From Minisyncoccota bacterium (GTDB lineage: Bacteria; Patescibacteriota; Minisyncoccia; Phycocordibacterales; UBA2100): a stretch of DNA of 64,000 bases. The notes beneath the pieces are model-generated. The model did not search any database, was not told the origin of the DNA, and saw only the letters and a list, made by a program, of their open reading frames with translations. The position numbers were made by a program, and so were the translations under genes. The stretch is taken from positions 8,557 through 72,556 of the forward strand of contig JALHPE010000004.1 in assembly GCA_022842645.1 (NCBI GenBank), given 5' to 3'. Every line of letters starts with the position of its first letter. Position 1 is the stretch's first letter. Of this stretch, positions 9,992 through 20,674 are shown piece after piece.

Positions 9992-10669
9992 CTACCGTTT
10001 TTGATAGAAATATTTGTTGGCCTCGGCATCGTGCTCAAAAAAAGCCACTTGTTCGCCAAAGTGCTCTTCAATTGCCTTGGTAGCTCCTGGCCACGCAGGT
10101 GTCTTGTATTCATCAAATAAAATATATCCGCCTTTTACCACACGCGGCTCAAGGACACGTAGCACATCTTTGTATGATTGGTAAAGGTCGACGTCAACGT
10201 GGAGGAGCGCAATATCATCATTAAAGTGCATAAACGTATCGGGGAAAAAACCAGGTACCAAATGGATATTCGCTTCGATAAATGCGTTGTTAATACCCGA
10301 ACGCCGCACAATGTGCTTGATATCATCAGGGCTTGTGCCCGACCATTCACCCTTACGGGGTGCGCGAGGACTCGTGTCATGAGTAGTAGGATCTGGAAAA
10401 CCTGCAAATGAATCAAACCCCCACACGTGACGCTCTGGACTAAGAGAGGCAAGATACGAAAAATAGAGAAACGTTCTTCCTCTCCCCACACCACATTCAA
10501 CAATCGCCCCTCTCGTATTCCCGAGCCTCTCGTACACCCGCGAGATATACCGCAAGGATCGCATTTGGCGCACATCTATGTGTATACCGTGCGACGGCAC
10601 TACGTCATACCCTGCGATTTTCGCGATTTTTTTTATACTTTGACGAAACATATTGATGAAGAATAGCAC
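9992..10669 (-). CDS. TylF/MycF-family sugar O-methyltransferase
   Basis: 225 aa with GVGRGRTFLYF and DSFAGFPDP motifs, typical of macrocin-O-methyltransferase-like enzymes. Confidence 0.68.
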   Translation of the reverse strand: MLFFINMFRQSIKKIAKIAGYDVVPSHGIHIDVRQMRSLRYISRVYERLGNTRGAIVECGVGRGRTFLYFSYLASLSPERHVWGFDSFAGFPDPTTHDTSPRAPRKGEWSGTSPDDIKHIVRRSGINNAFIEANIHLVPGFFPDTFMHFNDDIALLHVDVDLYQSYKDVLRVLEPRVVKGGYILFDEYKTPAWPGATKAIEEHFGEQVAFFEHDAEANKYFYQKR

Positions 10670-10684
10670 GTATGTTGTGTTTTA

Positions 10685-13153
10685 TTAGTCGCGCACGAGA
10701 CCAAGGAGTTTTAACACGCGCAATTCGTTATGCAGCCCTTGGTATTCAAAGCGCACCTGGTGCTTCCCTGCGGGCACATGTATTGCCATATACAGCCCAT
10801 TAGCTCGTACAAGCGAAGTCTCTGTGTCATTAATCCATGCACGCCAACCCGGAGTATACGCCTCGGAGAGCATCACATACCCTCCTTTGGTCTCCACTTC
10901 CATAGTATGTAACCCATTCTTGCTCGTGTAGTTTCGAATTATACCCCCCTGATGCGGGGCACATGGTTCGCAATCAAGGTATGCTTCACCCTCAAAATTA
11001 CGACGACTGGAAGATGCGTAGAGTGACGCAAAGCTTTCGTGGAACTCCCCATACACCACGCTCGGCATAAACACGCGCGGATAGGGGTTCTGCACTTCGT
11101 AAAGACGTAGCACGATTTCGTATTTCGTGACTCGCTCTGAGGCTCGGAACACGAGGCGAGGATGAGATAGTTCAACTCCAGAAATAACATATTTACCCCC
11201 CATCATTGCAAGAACCTCCACGTTCTGAAGTAATCGATCCGTACGTTCCGCGTATGTACCCGAACCATATCCCGCGTACAGTTCGCCCCCTGCCGCTTCG
11301 ACAGCAGTCAACATATCAACAGTCTGAAACTGATCGTACCCGTCGACACTGCCCATTGGGTGGTGCAGGTGATAATTGGGAACACCTGCACGCACCGTCA
11401 CCTCCTTCACCGCATCCATTTCAGGTCGCGAAAGCTTGTACTGCGGAGGAATAGCATTGCCCAGAGATGCATTCGCAAGAAACGAATAAAAACGATACTG
11501 CTGCATATCCTCCAAGCTCGCGTAATCAAGCGCAAGATGGGGTGCGGCTCCCGCCTGCGTCGGAAGATAAAAATGTTCGTAGCGAAGTATGGGAATCATG
11601 AGAACTGTTGCACACGAAATAACGAGTGCGGCGTACTTAAATTCTGATACTGTTACTTTGTTGCGCATAAGCGCAAGCATCGCAACAATTGAAAATCCGA
11701 GAATCGCCGTGGGAAGAAGAATACCTATATCAACGAAGCTCAACAGTTCATGATATGCAAAAAGAGCCCTCTCAAGCGCCTCGGCATAGTGAGCATCTCC
11801 CTTGGACATATCAAGAAAGTGGTACACGCCCAGGGTGCTTGCAAGCGCATGCCCCGTCTCTGCCATAAAGCGAATACTTCTCTCTGACAAGAAATTACTC
11901 CCTACAATAAGCCCTAGAAGGAGTGTGTAAGCCCCGAGCAGTACGTAGAGGCATATGCGCACTATTCTGTCTTTCAAAAACATCGCGATACGGTCAAATC
12001 CAAATGCACCAAGGAGCGCAAAAAAGAAGACGCCCACATACATAAACCGGTACGGGAACCTGAAGAGCTCGAAAAGAGGTAGTTTACTCAAAAGATAATA
12101 CAGGGGTGAATGTGCGACCGAGAAAAGTAAAAAAAGAATTGCCGTACACGCCACCGCCCCGAGACGGGATTCATCGAAAGGTATTTTCCGCTTACGCACA
12201 AAGCGGGTAACGACATACACACATGCCGTAACCGCAAGTAGCCCCCATAGCGTGCCCACGTAGAGTGGCTTTCGTCCCGCGGTGATATACGGAATATAAA
12301 AATGATCGGGAACCGCTATGAGCGTAAAATCTCCCAACTCAATAACTTTTCTCGTAGCGTCCGCATACGATGCGACCTCCGATCGAGCGCTCAGCGGTAA
12401 GAGTGAAAGTGCCGGTAGTATGAATGGTAACCCCACCACAACACCACATATAATGCCCACGAGCGGTGCAATACTCTTTGATGCAAGCGAACGAACAGAT
12501 TCAACGCGCTCTAAAAAGATGCGTATGCCTGCATACAGAGAAGCGGCAAGGAGCGCATACAGCACAATTTGTGTATACCCGGCAAGTAAGGTGCTCCCAA
12601 CACTGAGCGCAAGAAGTGCCACAATCGTGCGCCTCCTGAGAGTGAGGTCAAGCACGCCATTTACCACGTAGATAAGCAGTGGGATGAGAAACAATGTATT
12701 AGTAATTATCGGATTCGAAAGAAAACGCGTATGAAATGCTATCAGGAAACTTGGACCCACAAGTGCAGATGCGGTACGAGAAAGTCCGAAAGAGCGGGCG
12801 GCAAGATACGAGAACACAAACGTGAGAACGATGTCAAAAAAAAGACGAATGTGTGTTCCGGTAAACCCATCAAAAATACTAAAGATGAGTATATTGAGGG
12901 GGTCAAGAAATCCCGCAACCTGGCTTGCATACGCCGGAAAGCCCGAGAATATTCCAGGTACCCACAAAAAAGATTGTCCCGACTGGAGAGCTCGGGCATA
13001 GAATTCAAAAAGTGGATAGTAATATAAAGCAGCATCGTGGTCGGTAATATGCATTGCATAACCCAAGAACCCCGGCGCAACCCACACAAGACCCAGACCT
13101 ACGAAAGCGGCGGCGAGCTTGACCTGAGTATTATTCCAGAGTTGCATGAACAC
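10685..13153 (-). CDS. YfhO-like large integral membrane protein (GT-C-like glycosylation factor)
   Basis: 822 aa with an N-terminal multi-TM block and a C-terminal soluble domain. Size and topology match YfhO. Confidence 0.5.
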   Translation of the reverse strand: MFMQLWNNTQVKLAAAFVGLGLVWVAPGFLGYAMHITDHDAALYYYPLFEFYARALQSGQSFLWVPGIFSGFPAYASQVAGFLDPLNILIFSIFDGFTGTHIRLFFDIVLTFVFSYLAARSFGLSRTASALVGPSFLIAFHTRFLSNPIITNTLFLIPLLIYVVNGVLDLTLRRRTIVALLALSVGSTLLAGYTQIVLYALLAASLYAGIRIFLERVESVRSLASKSIAPLVGIICGVVVGLPFILPALSLLPLSARSEVASYADATRKVIELGDFTLIAVPDHFYIPYITAGRKPLYVGTLWGLLAVTACVYVVTRFVRKRKIPFDESRLGAVACTAILFLLFSVAHSPLYYLLSKLPLFELFRFPYRFMYVGVFFFALLGAFGFDRIAMFLKDRIVRICLYVLLGAYTLLLGLIVGSNFLSERSIRFMAETGHALASTLGVYHFLDMSKGDAHYAEALERALFAYHELLSFVDIGILLPTAILGFSIVAMLALMRNKVTVSEFKYAALVISCATVLMIPILRYEHFYLPTQAGAAPHLALDYASLEDMQQYRFYSFLANASLGNAIPPQYKLSRPEMDAVKEVTVRAGVPNYHLHHPMGSVDGYDQFQTVDMLTAVEAAGGELYAGYGSGTYAERTDRLLQNVEVLAMMGGKYVISGVELSHPRLVFRASERVTKYEIVLRLYEVQNPYPRVFMPSVVYGEFHESFASLYASSSRRNFEGEAYLDCEPCAPHQGGIIRNYTSKNGLHTMEVETKGGYVMLSEAYTPGWRAWINDTETSLVRANGLYMAIHVPAGKHQVRFEYQGLHNELRVLKLLGLVRD

Positions 13154-14474
13154 GATCGTACCACCATATTGCGGCCATTACCGCAACAAACAACAAAAAT
13201 CCCTCTATTGGTACCCGGTACCGAGCGTTCGAGACAGGTCCCGTGAGAAGTGCAAAATATACGACGAGCGCTGAGAGAAAGAGTAGTGACGACCATTCCC
13301 GCCGCATGATTGACCGCATTGTCTCGAAACCAAAAAGAAGCGTTACCACCCCCCAAAACCCGGTACCTACCAAAAACAAAGTGACCGCCAATCCCCCACC
13401 CATCACATACGTGACCAAAAGTGGAAAATCAAGGCGCATGAGTGCTGTTGATATGTTAGGGATTGCACCAACATCGACGCCAAACAGGCGAATAGTGTCG
13501 CGTAGTCCATCGGTTACAAAAAAAGGAATTGTTTTCACGAGGTGAAAGAACGTATAGGACAGCTCCTTCCCACGGATGATTTCGCGAAATGTCTCGGTAA
13601 ATACGCTGTTTCTCGTGAGCGAAAGTGCCTCTTCTCGCGGCAATGCCGCTTGTTCGTTTCGAAATGAATCGAGGAGAGCTTCTGATTTTTCATCACTATG
13701 CCATTTTAAGAATTCCGGAGCATTGTACAGCATAAGATTCGCCGCGCCGACAGAGGAGATACTCCATGAGTCGAATGTAATATGGTTGCGGTACATCCAT
13801 GGACCTATAACTAGGAGTGAGGACGTGCACAAGAGGCTTGCGGCAATAATGCTTGTTCTCGAAAATGTTCCCATCGCAAGAAGATAGGCGCTGTATACCA
13901 ATGGCAAGAATATGGCGATGGGACGCACGAGTATAGCGATTCCGAGAAGGATCCCACTCGCAAGTACCGCACGATACGAGTGTGACGTGTGCATCAGGCA
14001 GAGCAATGACGCTAAGAACACTACCGTAAAAAACGCATCCGACAGAAAAGATGCCGAAAGATATAAGCGCACCGGCTCACAAGCAAACAGGATCGAAGCC
14101 CAAAATGCGGCTCGTTCATGAAAGGGGCGCACGAGTAGATAGAGCAACATAGGAGCACTACTTACGATTAGCGCGTGTACAAAAAGCGCAGCATACGAAA
14201 CACCGACGATACTGAATATAAGCGCGAGAAACGCTGGATAGCCGGGGGCGCGGAAGCTTTCTGGATAAAATGGCGCGCTCGTTGCTACGGAAAATACCCC
14301 GTGAGCTCGCATATTTTCGGCAAGAAGCACGTATCCCTTACTATCTCCCGTGAGGTGAAGCGGATTGAGTCCCTGCTTTTCTGCAAAAATAATAAGTGCC
14401 GCACATGCCGCAAGCGTCACAGCAACCGAAACGAGAGCGACAATGCGAAATCGTTTTTCGTGTATGATATTCAT
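13131..14474 (-). CDS. GT-C glycosyltransferase, ArnT/PMT (GT39/GT83)-like
   Basis: 447 aa and multi-TM, with N-terminal motifs (LTGDSKGY, RAPGYPAFL) typical of dolichyl/undecaprenyl-phosphate-sugar-dependent transferases. Confidence 0.62.
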   Translation of the reverse strand: MNIIHEKRFRIVALVSVAVTLAACAALIIFAEKQGLNPLHLTGDSKGYVLLAENMRAHGVFSVATSAPFYPESFRAPGYPAFLALIFSIVGVSYAALFVHALIVSSAPMLLYLLVRPFHERAAFWASILFACEPVRLYLSASFLSDAFFTVVFLASLLCLMHTSHSYRAVLASGILLGIAILVRPIAIFLPLVYSAYLLAMGTFSRTSIIAASLLCTSSLLVIGPWMYRNHITFDSWSISSVGAANLMLYNAPEFLKWHSDEKSEALLDSFRNEQAALPREEALSLTRNSVFTETFREIIRGKELSYTFFHLVKTIPFFVTDGLRDTIRLFGVDVGAIPNISTALMRLDFPLLVTYVMGGGLAVTLFLVGTGFWGVVTLLFGFETMRSIMRREWSSLLFLSALVVYFALLTGPVSNARYRVPIEGFLLFVAVMAAIWWYDRVHATLE

Positions 14475-15196
14475 GACTTTTGCACAACCGCAACAAGCGA
14501 GACCCCATATGGAAGCGGTGTGAATCGTAGGAGAAATCGTTCGCTACCAAAGAGTGACGCAAGGATGGGATTCAAAAAGCCGGGTGATTTGTTGAAATCG
14601 TTTCCCGCTTCTTTCCAACGCAGCTTCCCGAAAAGTCGCACCAGTGCGATAAGCGGAAATAAGAAAAAGTTGTAATAACTTAGCACACGCACTGTGAGTC
14701 CCGCCTCCTGAAAAAGCTTTTGCAGCTCGCGCTTGCGATAACGCCTGAAATGGTGTGCACGCTCATCGTGAGAGGTCCATAAAAACTGAAACGCGGGCAC
14801 CGTAATAACGGCTACGCCGCCCTTGTTAAGGATACGGTGCACATCCCTAAGTGCTGCACTATCGTCTTCTAAGTGTTCTACTACGTCGAGAAGCGTTACC
14901 ACATCGTAAGTACCGGAAGGAATTTCTGATGAGGGAAATACTGACTGCACAATAGCGACCTGAGGAACTGCTTCTTTCGCAAAGAGAATGGCGTCCGGCG
15001 ATGGTTCGAGGCCATGCACATCATAACCCTGATCACAAAAAGCCTTTGCATTGAACCCTGTGCCGAGCCCAATATCCAGCAACTTCCCCTTTGGCGCGTA
15101 GTGACGCATGAGATCAAAAACGACGGCACGGCGCCCCTGAAACCACCAATGGTTCTTTTCAAGCTCGGCCATCTCCGCATACATGCTTTTCTCCAT
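14471..15196 (-). CDS. class I SAM-dependent methyltransferase (type 11/12)
   Basis: 241 aa with motif LLDIGLGTG. Confidence 0.75.
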   Translation of the reverse strand: MEKSMYAEMAELEKNHWWFQGRRAVVFDLMRHYAPKGKLLDIGLGTGFNAKAFCDQGYDVHGLEPSPDAILFAKEAVPQVAIVQSVFPSSEIPSGTYDVVTLLDVVEHLEDDSAALRDVHRILNKGGVAVITVPAFQFLWTSHDERAHHFRRYRKRELQKLFQEAGLTVRVLSYYNFFLFPLIALVRLFGKLRWKEAGNDFNKSPGFLNPILASLFGSERFLLRFTPLPYGVSLVAVVQKS

Positions 15197-15199
15197 ACG

Positions 15200-15955
15200 T
15201 TAATTATACTTTCCTTGCAGGAAGCGGATAGCTATAAAAAACATGCCTTTGAGCGAACGAAAAGTGTCGCGAACGGGATGCACACGTGAATCCGGATCAT
15301 CTGTCCAGGTAACTGGTAGCTCGATAAAATGATGTCCGCGTATTTTTGTAACGAATACCTTTTCTGCCTCTGCGACATAAAAATGATCAAATTGGTGCAT
15401 GAAGATGTCGTGCGCCGCTTCTCGGCGGTACATTTTGAATCCGAGTGTAAAATCGGTCGTAGACCACATCCAGAATTGCACGCGTGCCAGAAACAAAAAT
15501 CCGTATCCTAAGAACACGCGAAGTAATGGTTGCCAGAGCACGATGCGTGATTCTGGCAACTCACGACTCCCAAAAATCACTTCCAGTTCAGGATGCTCTC
15601 GCAACTGCTTCACAAAACGAGGAATGGCTTCATCTGCAACTGAACCATCTGAGTCCGTCTCCAGGATGAGAGCGCCGCGCGCCTCAAATATACCCTTCTT
15701 CACGGTAGCACCACGACCTCGATTTACACCATCGCTCATGACACGAATCTCGGGATACCGCCCTTTCGCAAGAGCCTCTACGGTCGTGACAGTTGCATCC
15801 TTACTTCCATCATCCATGATGAGCATCTCAAACAAAATACCTTCTGAACGAAGATAGGGAATGGTGCGCTCGAGCATTTTTGGCAGTCGTTGTTCCTCGT
15901 TGTATGCCGGGACAACAATCGAGAGCTCGAGGGGAGTGGGATTTTGCATACCCAC
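15200..15955 (-). CDS. GT2 polyprenyl-phosphate glycosyltransferase (GtrB/ArnC/DPM1-like)
   Basis: 251 aa with VVPAYNEE...DDGSKD motifs. Confidence 0.8.
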   Translation of the reverse strand: MGMQNPTPLELSIVVPAYNEEQRLPKMLERTIPYLRSEGILFEMLIMDDGSKDATVTTVEALAKGRYPEIRVMSDGVNRGRGATVKKGIFEARGALILETDSDGSVADEAIPRFVKQLREHPELEVIFGSRELPESRIVLWQPLLRVFLGYGFLFLARVQFWMWSTTDFTLGFKMYRREAAHDIFMHQFDHFYVAEAEKVFVTKIRGHHFIELPVTWTDDPDSRVHPVRDTFRSLKGMFFIAIRFLQGKYN

Positions 15956-15972
15956 ATACTATACTTAATTCT

Positions 15973-16416
15973 ATGACAAACGACATTGCGACAGCACCCG
16001 AGGGCGAAACTAGTCCCGCAGTTTCCCTTATAGGCTCAGAACACACCCATGAATTTGTCCGCTACCTCCTTGCCTCCGTACTTGCTCTCGCAGCTGATGT
16101 GAGTGCACTCTTCCTCCTTACTAGTGTCGCAGGTATATCGTATCTCCTCTCCGGGGCGCTTGCCTTCACCTTGGGTCTTGTGGTCATATATCTCCTCAGC
16201 ACCCGTTGGGTATTTACAACGCGAAGCATGCAAAGTCCGCTCGCTGAATTTGGGATATTCGCAGGTATTGGCCTCGTTGGTCTTGCCTTGAATGCATTGG
16301 TGCTCTGGATATTAACGGGATGGCTTGGCGTCTTTTACCTTATTTCCAAATTCGCAAGCATAGTACTCGTATTTGCCTGGAACTTTTCTGCTCGTAAGTG
16401 GATGTTGTTTCATTGA
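15973..16416 (+). CDS. GtrA-family small membrane protein (polyprenyl-sugar flippase-like)
   Basis: ~147 aa with 4 TM segments, ending in a ...WNFSARKWMLF-type motif. It is divergent from the GT2 gene. The start at MTNDIATA (15973) was chosen inside the 15880 ORF. Confidence 0.62.
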   Translation: MTNDIATAPEGETSPAVSLIGSEHTHEFVRYLLASVLALAADVSALFLLTSVAGISYLLSGALAFTLGLVVIYLLSTRWVFTTRSMQSPLAEFGIFAGIGLVGLALNALVLWILTGWLGVFYLISKFASIVLVFAWNFSARKWMLFH

Positions 16417-16441
16417 CAAAATCAATAATTTGTATCACAAT
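16413..16441 (+). promoter_or_regulatory. sigma70-like promoter TTGACA-17-CACAAT
   Basis: It lies upstream of the GTG-start gene at 16479, which carries an AGGAGG RBS. Confidence 0.45.
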
Positions 16442-16478
16442 GATCCTGGAAAGGTACGTTTAGCGAAAGGAGGCAGCG

Positions 16479-16991
16479 GTGCCGAAGTATATTCTTCCTC
16501 TCCTGAAGAGCCCAAACCCAGCTGGACGAGTGGGCCCCAGAAGGTGGCAAGATTGGTACGTTTCTTGTTACCGAGCGACACTTTTGGCTCAGGGCAGCAA
16601 TACGATAGTTCTCGTAGTAAGCGGCTTCATTGAGTCTCATTTCGACGAAGCGGAGTGCTACAAGAAAGCGCTTGAGGAGTCGGGCGTCGCGAATATTGTT
16701 CTCATCCGCGAAGGCATGGAAACAATCGGGCAACTGGAGTCAGCACTCGGAAGGCTGAATTGGGATGACTCACTCACCGTGATCGCGTCTCTTCCGCATT
16801 GGCCGCGAGTGTGGTGGCTTACCCACCACGACGCGCGAGTGCAAAGACAAATAGTCGTCGGTATACCACGCCCGAAAGAGCTCGTGACCGATCTTATCTT
16901 AGCCATCGCATTTCCGATGATCGACTCTATCGGCCTCAGAGGCTGGTGGCTCGGACGTATCGAGTCAAAACGTGCGAAAGGAAAAATATGA
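16479..16991 (+). CDS. DUF218 (YdcF/SanA-like) family protein
   Basis: 170 aa with a GTG start and a GGAGG RBS. The conservation pattern VLVVSG...AECY...GV...ETIGQ...ASLPHWPR resembles the DUF218 core. Confidence 0.45.
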   Translation: MPKYILPLLKSPNPAGRVGPRRWQDWYVSCYRATLLAQGSNTIVLVVSGFIESHFDEAECYKKALEESGVANIVLIREGMETIGQLESALGRLNWDDSLTVIASLPHWPRVWWLTHHDARVQRQIVVGIPRPKELVTDLILAIAFPMIDSIGLRGWWLGRIESKRAKGKI

Positions 16992-17080
16992 CCTAGAAAT
17001 ACTGGATTACTCTAAGGCTGTGCGCACATGCGCACAGCCTCTTCTTTCGTTCGCTGTCTCTGTTATGATGGCGCAACTAT

Positions 17081-18637
17081 ATGGCACAGAAGACCGCACT
17101 CATTATAGGTGCTGGCCCCGCAGGACTTACGGCGGCACTCGAATTGTTGCGAAAGACGGATATTCACCCGATCGTCGTTGAGGCAGACCCAGAATACGTG
17201 GGGGGAATTTCACGCACCGTAAATTACAAAGGCAACCGCATTGATATTGGTGGACACCGATTCTTTTCAAAATCGGATCGTGTTATGCAGTGGTGGTCAG
17301 AGATATTGCCAGTGCGCATTGTTCAAGAAGGGAGTATGGATATCACCTACCAACGCACCACACGTGCGCTGACCCAAGGTCTGAAACGGGCCACGGAAGC
17401 AGACGGTGACAACGTGATGCATGTCCGCCCCCGTAAAACACGCATTATTTACGGAGGTAAATTCTTCGCGTATCCAGTCGAACTTTCTCTCGACACCCTG
17501 CGAAAATTAGGATTGGTCAAAGTGGTGCGGATTGGAATCACCTATATGCGCGCAGTTGTGTTCCCCATTCGTCCCGAAAAAACTCTTGAAGATTTCTTTC
17601 TTAATCGATTTGGACGAGAACTCTACGAAACATTTTTTAAATCCTATACAGAGAAAGTCTGGGGAACGACGTGCGACACCATGTCTGCTGAATGGGGTGC
17701 GCAACGAGTCAAAGGTCTTTCAATCACCAAGGCGATTAGTCACGCAGTAAAAAAGATTGTGCGCGCCGGGGCGCTTTCGGGTAAGGGAGTCGAAACCTCG
17801 CTCATCGAGCAATATCTCTACCCCACCTATGGGCCAGGACAAATGTGGGAGACGGTTGCGGATCATGTACGCGAAAAAGGGGGCGATATACGCATGGGCA
17901 CACGGGCTATCTCTATCCACATAGACCACAACCGTGCGACGACTGTCACACTTGAACATGACGGAGAACGTAAGATCGAAGCGATTGATTACGTCTTTTC
18001 TACAACGGATGTGCAAAACCTTGTGCGCATTATCGAACCTGCGGCACCTTTGCATGTGTCTGCAGTATCGTCCGAGTTGCACTATCGGGATTTTCTTACC
18101 GTTGGCCTCTTAATGCAGGAAAAACTCAAGGATCCTGATGGTTCGCCTATGACTGATACGTGGATGTATGTGCATGAAAAAAATGTGCACGTTGGTCGTG
18201 TACAACTCTTTCATAACTGGCATCCAAAACTTGTGGCTAATCCTGCTCATGGATGGATTGGTCTTGAATACTTTGTAAACGAGGGTGATCATCTATGGAA
18301 CATGGATGATCAGGCTCTTATCACGCTTGGTACAGACGAGCTTGAGAAAATCGGTCTTCGTCAAGGCATTCCGATTATTGACGGCACCGTGATACGACAA
18401 CCAAAAGCATACCCAGGCTATTTTGGTGCCTACACCGAATTTCCTCAGATTCGCGCCTATCTTGATACCATCGAAAATCTCTTCCCTATCGGTAGAAACG
18501 GCATGCATCGGTATAACAATCAAGATCACTCTATGCTCGCCGCCATAGAGGCAGTAGCTATCATTGCGACGGAGGCAACGGACAAAACACGCCTATGGGC
18601 AATCAACACTGAAGAAGAATATCACGAGACCAAGTGA
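17081..18637 (+). CDS. FAD/NAD(P)-binding oxidoreductase (amine-oxidase / UDP-galactopyranose-mutase-like fold)
   Basis: 518 aa with an N-terminal GAGPAGL dinucleotide-binding motif and a GGHRFF motif. Confidence 0.55.
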   Translation: MAQKTALIIGAGPAGLTAALELLRKTDIHPIVVEADPEYVGGISRTVNYKGNRIDIGGHRFFSKSDRVMQWWSEILPVRIVQEGSMDITYQRTTRALTQGLKRATEADGDNVMHVRPRKTRIIYGGKFFAYPVELSLDTLRKLGLVKVVRIGITYMRAVVFPIRPEKTLEDFFLNRFGRELYETFFKSYTEKVWGTTCDTMSAEWGAQRVKGLSITKAISHAVKKIVRAGALSGKGVETSLIEQYLYPTYGPGQMWETVADHVREKGGDIRMGTRAISIHIDHNRATTVTLEHDGERKIEAIDYVFSTTDVQNLVRIIEPAAPLHVSAVSSELHYRDFLTVGLLMQEKLKDPDGSPMTDTWMYVHEKNVHVGRVQLFHNWHPKLVANPAHGWIGLEYFVNEGDHLWNMDDQALITLGTDELEKIGLRQGIPIIDGTVIRQPKAYPGYFGAYTEFPQIRAYLDTIENLFPIGRNGMHRYNNQDHSMLAAIEAVAIIATEATDKTRLWAINTEEEYHETK

Positions 18638-18639
18638 GG

Positions 18640-19506
18640 TTAGATGTTTATGTGTGCTGCCGCATTGGATTGACGCTGCTCGAGCTCATTAATAAGGCCC
18701 ACGATTGTGACTCCCAGAGCGAGAGATTCGTCTTCCTTTCTTTTTGAACGAATCGCCTCAAGAAAATGGGTGATTTCTTTTGTAAGCGGCAAGGCAACGT
18801 CGTATGCAGGGTACGAAACAACATCATTACAGATGAGCGTGAGTTTTCTCTCTTTTGCCACATCGTCGAACATCAGTGTTCCATGTTCTCCGTAGAATAC
18901 GAGAGTAGTACGCTTTACGGGAGAAAGCCAGCTCATATAAGAGAACATTGTTGTGGTGCCCCACTGAAAACGTGTTACCGCTGCCTCAGTAAGGCCTGTG
19001 GGCGTTTTTGCTAGACTCCAGGCACGCATATCTGAAGGCTCGCCCCCAAAAAGCGTGTATGCAATAGAAAGCGTGTGGGGGAGGCAGTCCCACAACACGG
19101 ACGAATCGGTGCGTGGAAGAGCATAAAGATGCTCAAATGACGCGAGACGAATTGAGCCGAGACTTGGCATATGATCGCGCATGGCGAGAAGTGCGGGATT
19201 GTGCGTATGAATATGCCCCACTTGCACGAATGTAGTATGTTCTTCAGCCGCTTTTTGAATTGCATGTGCATCAACGAAAGACGTTGCAAGCGGCTTTTCT
19301 ATGAAGGTTGGGATGCCCTTCCTAATATACGGGAGTGCGACGTGCGCATGAGTTGCGCTCGGCGTTGCAATCATGACTCCGTCGACCGTGAAATCACTTT
19401 CCCCTTTTTCAATGAGGACGACCTCCATGTTCGGAAGTGTACGCAGTGTTTTCTCGATAATGGTTCCCCAATGCCCGTGTCCAACGAGGCCAATTCTGAG
19501 ACTCAT
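18640..19506 (-). CDS. Gfo/Idh/MocA-family NAD(P)-dependent sugar oxidoreductase
   Basis: The start at MSLRIGLVGHGHWG is 4 nt after the stop of the upstream UXS-like gene. An EKP motif is present. Confidence 0.72.
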   Translation of the reverse strand: MSLRIGLVGHGHWGTIIEKTLRTLPNMEVVLIEKGESDFTVDGVMIATPSATHAHVALPYIRKGIPTFIEKPLATSFVDAHAIQKAAEEHTTFVQVGHIHTHNPALLAMRDHMPSLGSIRLASFEHLYALPRTDSSVLWDCLPHTLSIAYTLFGGEPSDMRAWSLAKTPTGLTEAAVTRFQWGTTTMFSYMSWLSPVKRTTLVFYGEHGTLMFDDVAKERKLTLICNDVVSYPAYDVALPLTKEITHFLEAIRSKRKEDESLALGVTIVGLINELEQRQSNAAAHINI

Positions 19507-19510
19507 GCCC

Positions 19511-20659
19511 CTATCGTACCGCATCACGATAGCTCTCTTCTGCTTTTGCCCACTCCACAAACCGCTTGAGACCCTCATGCAGATCTACAGTCGCGCTATA
19601 TCCAAGGTCTTTTTCCGCCTTTGCAAGATCGGGGCACCGACGCTGTGGCTCGCCTGCGGGGTAGGTATCTGGATAATCGATCAACGAGTGGCGCGCGCCT
19701 GGCACGACTTTGCGAAAGAGTTCCGCTAATTCGCGCATTGCAATTTCGTTTTCAGCATTACCAATGTTGTAAGCATGCCCTGATGTGCCGCGAAGGAGCA
19801 CCTGTAGGAAGCCCGTAATCGCATCTGAAATGTAGCAAAACGTACGCGTCTGGTGTCCATCGCCATGCACAGGAATCTCTCGTTTGTTTAGTGCCTGGTA
19901 GGTAAACATGGGGATCACGCGACGATCGTTATGCCCCATACCGGGACCAAATACGTTGAAAGGTCGTACGATCTTTGCGGGAACCTGGTGACGATCATGG
20001 TAAATAGTTACCAAGGTCTCACCGAGACGCTTTGATTCGTCGTAGCAGGCGCGAGGACCAACGCTGGAAACATACCCATGGTAGGTCTCCGGCGTAGGCA
20101 CCGCTTTGGGATCCGGATCGCCGTAAATCTCGCTTGATGAAAAGAAGAGGAAGCTTTCAAGCTTTGGATTCTTCCGAGCAAGTTCGAGTAGGTTGCGTGT
20201 TCCATGTACCGCACTCTCGATTGTTTCGATTGGATGCTTCATGTAGTAGACAGGCGAGGCGACGCCGGCGGCATGAATGATGAAATCAATGTCTTGTCGA
20301 AGTGGAAGCGGGTGGGTAACGTCTGCCCACACATGGAGAATATGAGGATCTCCCGCAGCGCCTGCGCGATGCGCCTTTGCATCTCCGGTAATAAAGTTAT
20401 CAACTGAGATGAGTGTGCAAGGCTCTGAGAGCACCTCTGCGTTCAAACGCTTCACGAGCGCAGTGATATGGCGACCAAGAAATCCAGCGCCTCCTGAAAG
20501 CAGTACTGTTTTCCCGGAGAAGCGATGAACGTCTTTGCCAAGTTTTCGGATTATTTCTGCTGTGTCATCGAAGCGCGAACCGGCACGCATCGCCGCTTTT
20601 CGCACAGGCTTTTTAGTTTTTTTCTTACTTGCCGAGTGTGGTGTCTTTTTCTTTTTCAT
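19511..20659 (-). CDS. UDP-glucuronate decarboxylase (UXS)-like SDR with Lys-rich N-terminal extension
   Basis: 382 aa with GGAGFLG and YDESKRLGETL (UXS-like catalytic region). The first ~30 aa are KKKKTPHSASKKKTKKPVRK. Confidence 0.65.
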   Translation of the reverse strand: MKKKKTPHSASKKKTKKPVRKAAMRAGSRFDDTAEIIRKLGKDVHRFSGKTVLLSGGAGFLGRHITALVKRLNAEVLSEPCTLISVDNFITGDAKAHRAGAAGDPHILHVWADVTHPLPLRQDIDFIIHAAGVASPVYYMKHPIETIESAVHGTRNLLELARKNPKLESFLFFSSSEIYGDPDPKAVPTPETYHGYVSSVGPRACYDESKRLGETLVTIYHDRHQVPAKIVRPFNVFGPGMGHNDRRVIPMFTYQALNKREIPVHGDGHQTRTFCYISDAITGFLQVLLRGTSGHAYNIGNAENEIAMRELAELFRKVVPGARHSLIDYPDTYPAGEPQRRCPDLAKAEKDLGYSATVDLHEGLKRFVEWAKAEESYRDAVR

Positions 20660-20674
20660 ACACGATGGCCTGCC

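Noticed and set aside
15880-15972. Longer start (15880) for the GtrA gene
   Set aside because: It would overlap the divergent GT2 gene start. The GtrA-like hydrophobic core begins after MTNDIATA at 15973.
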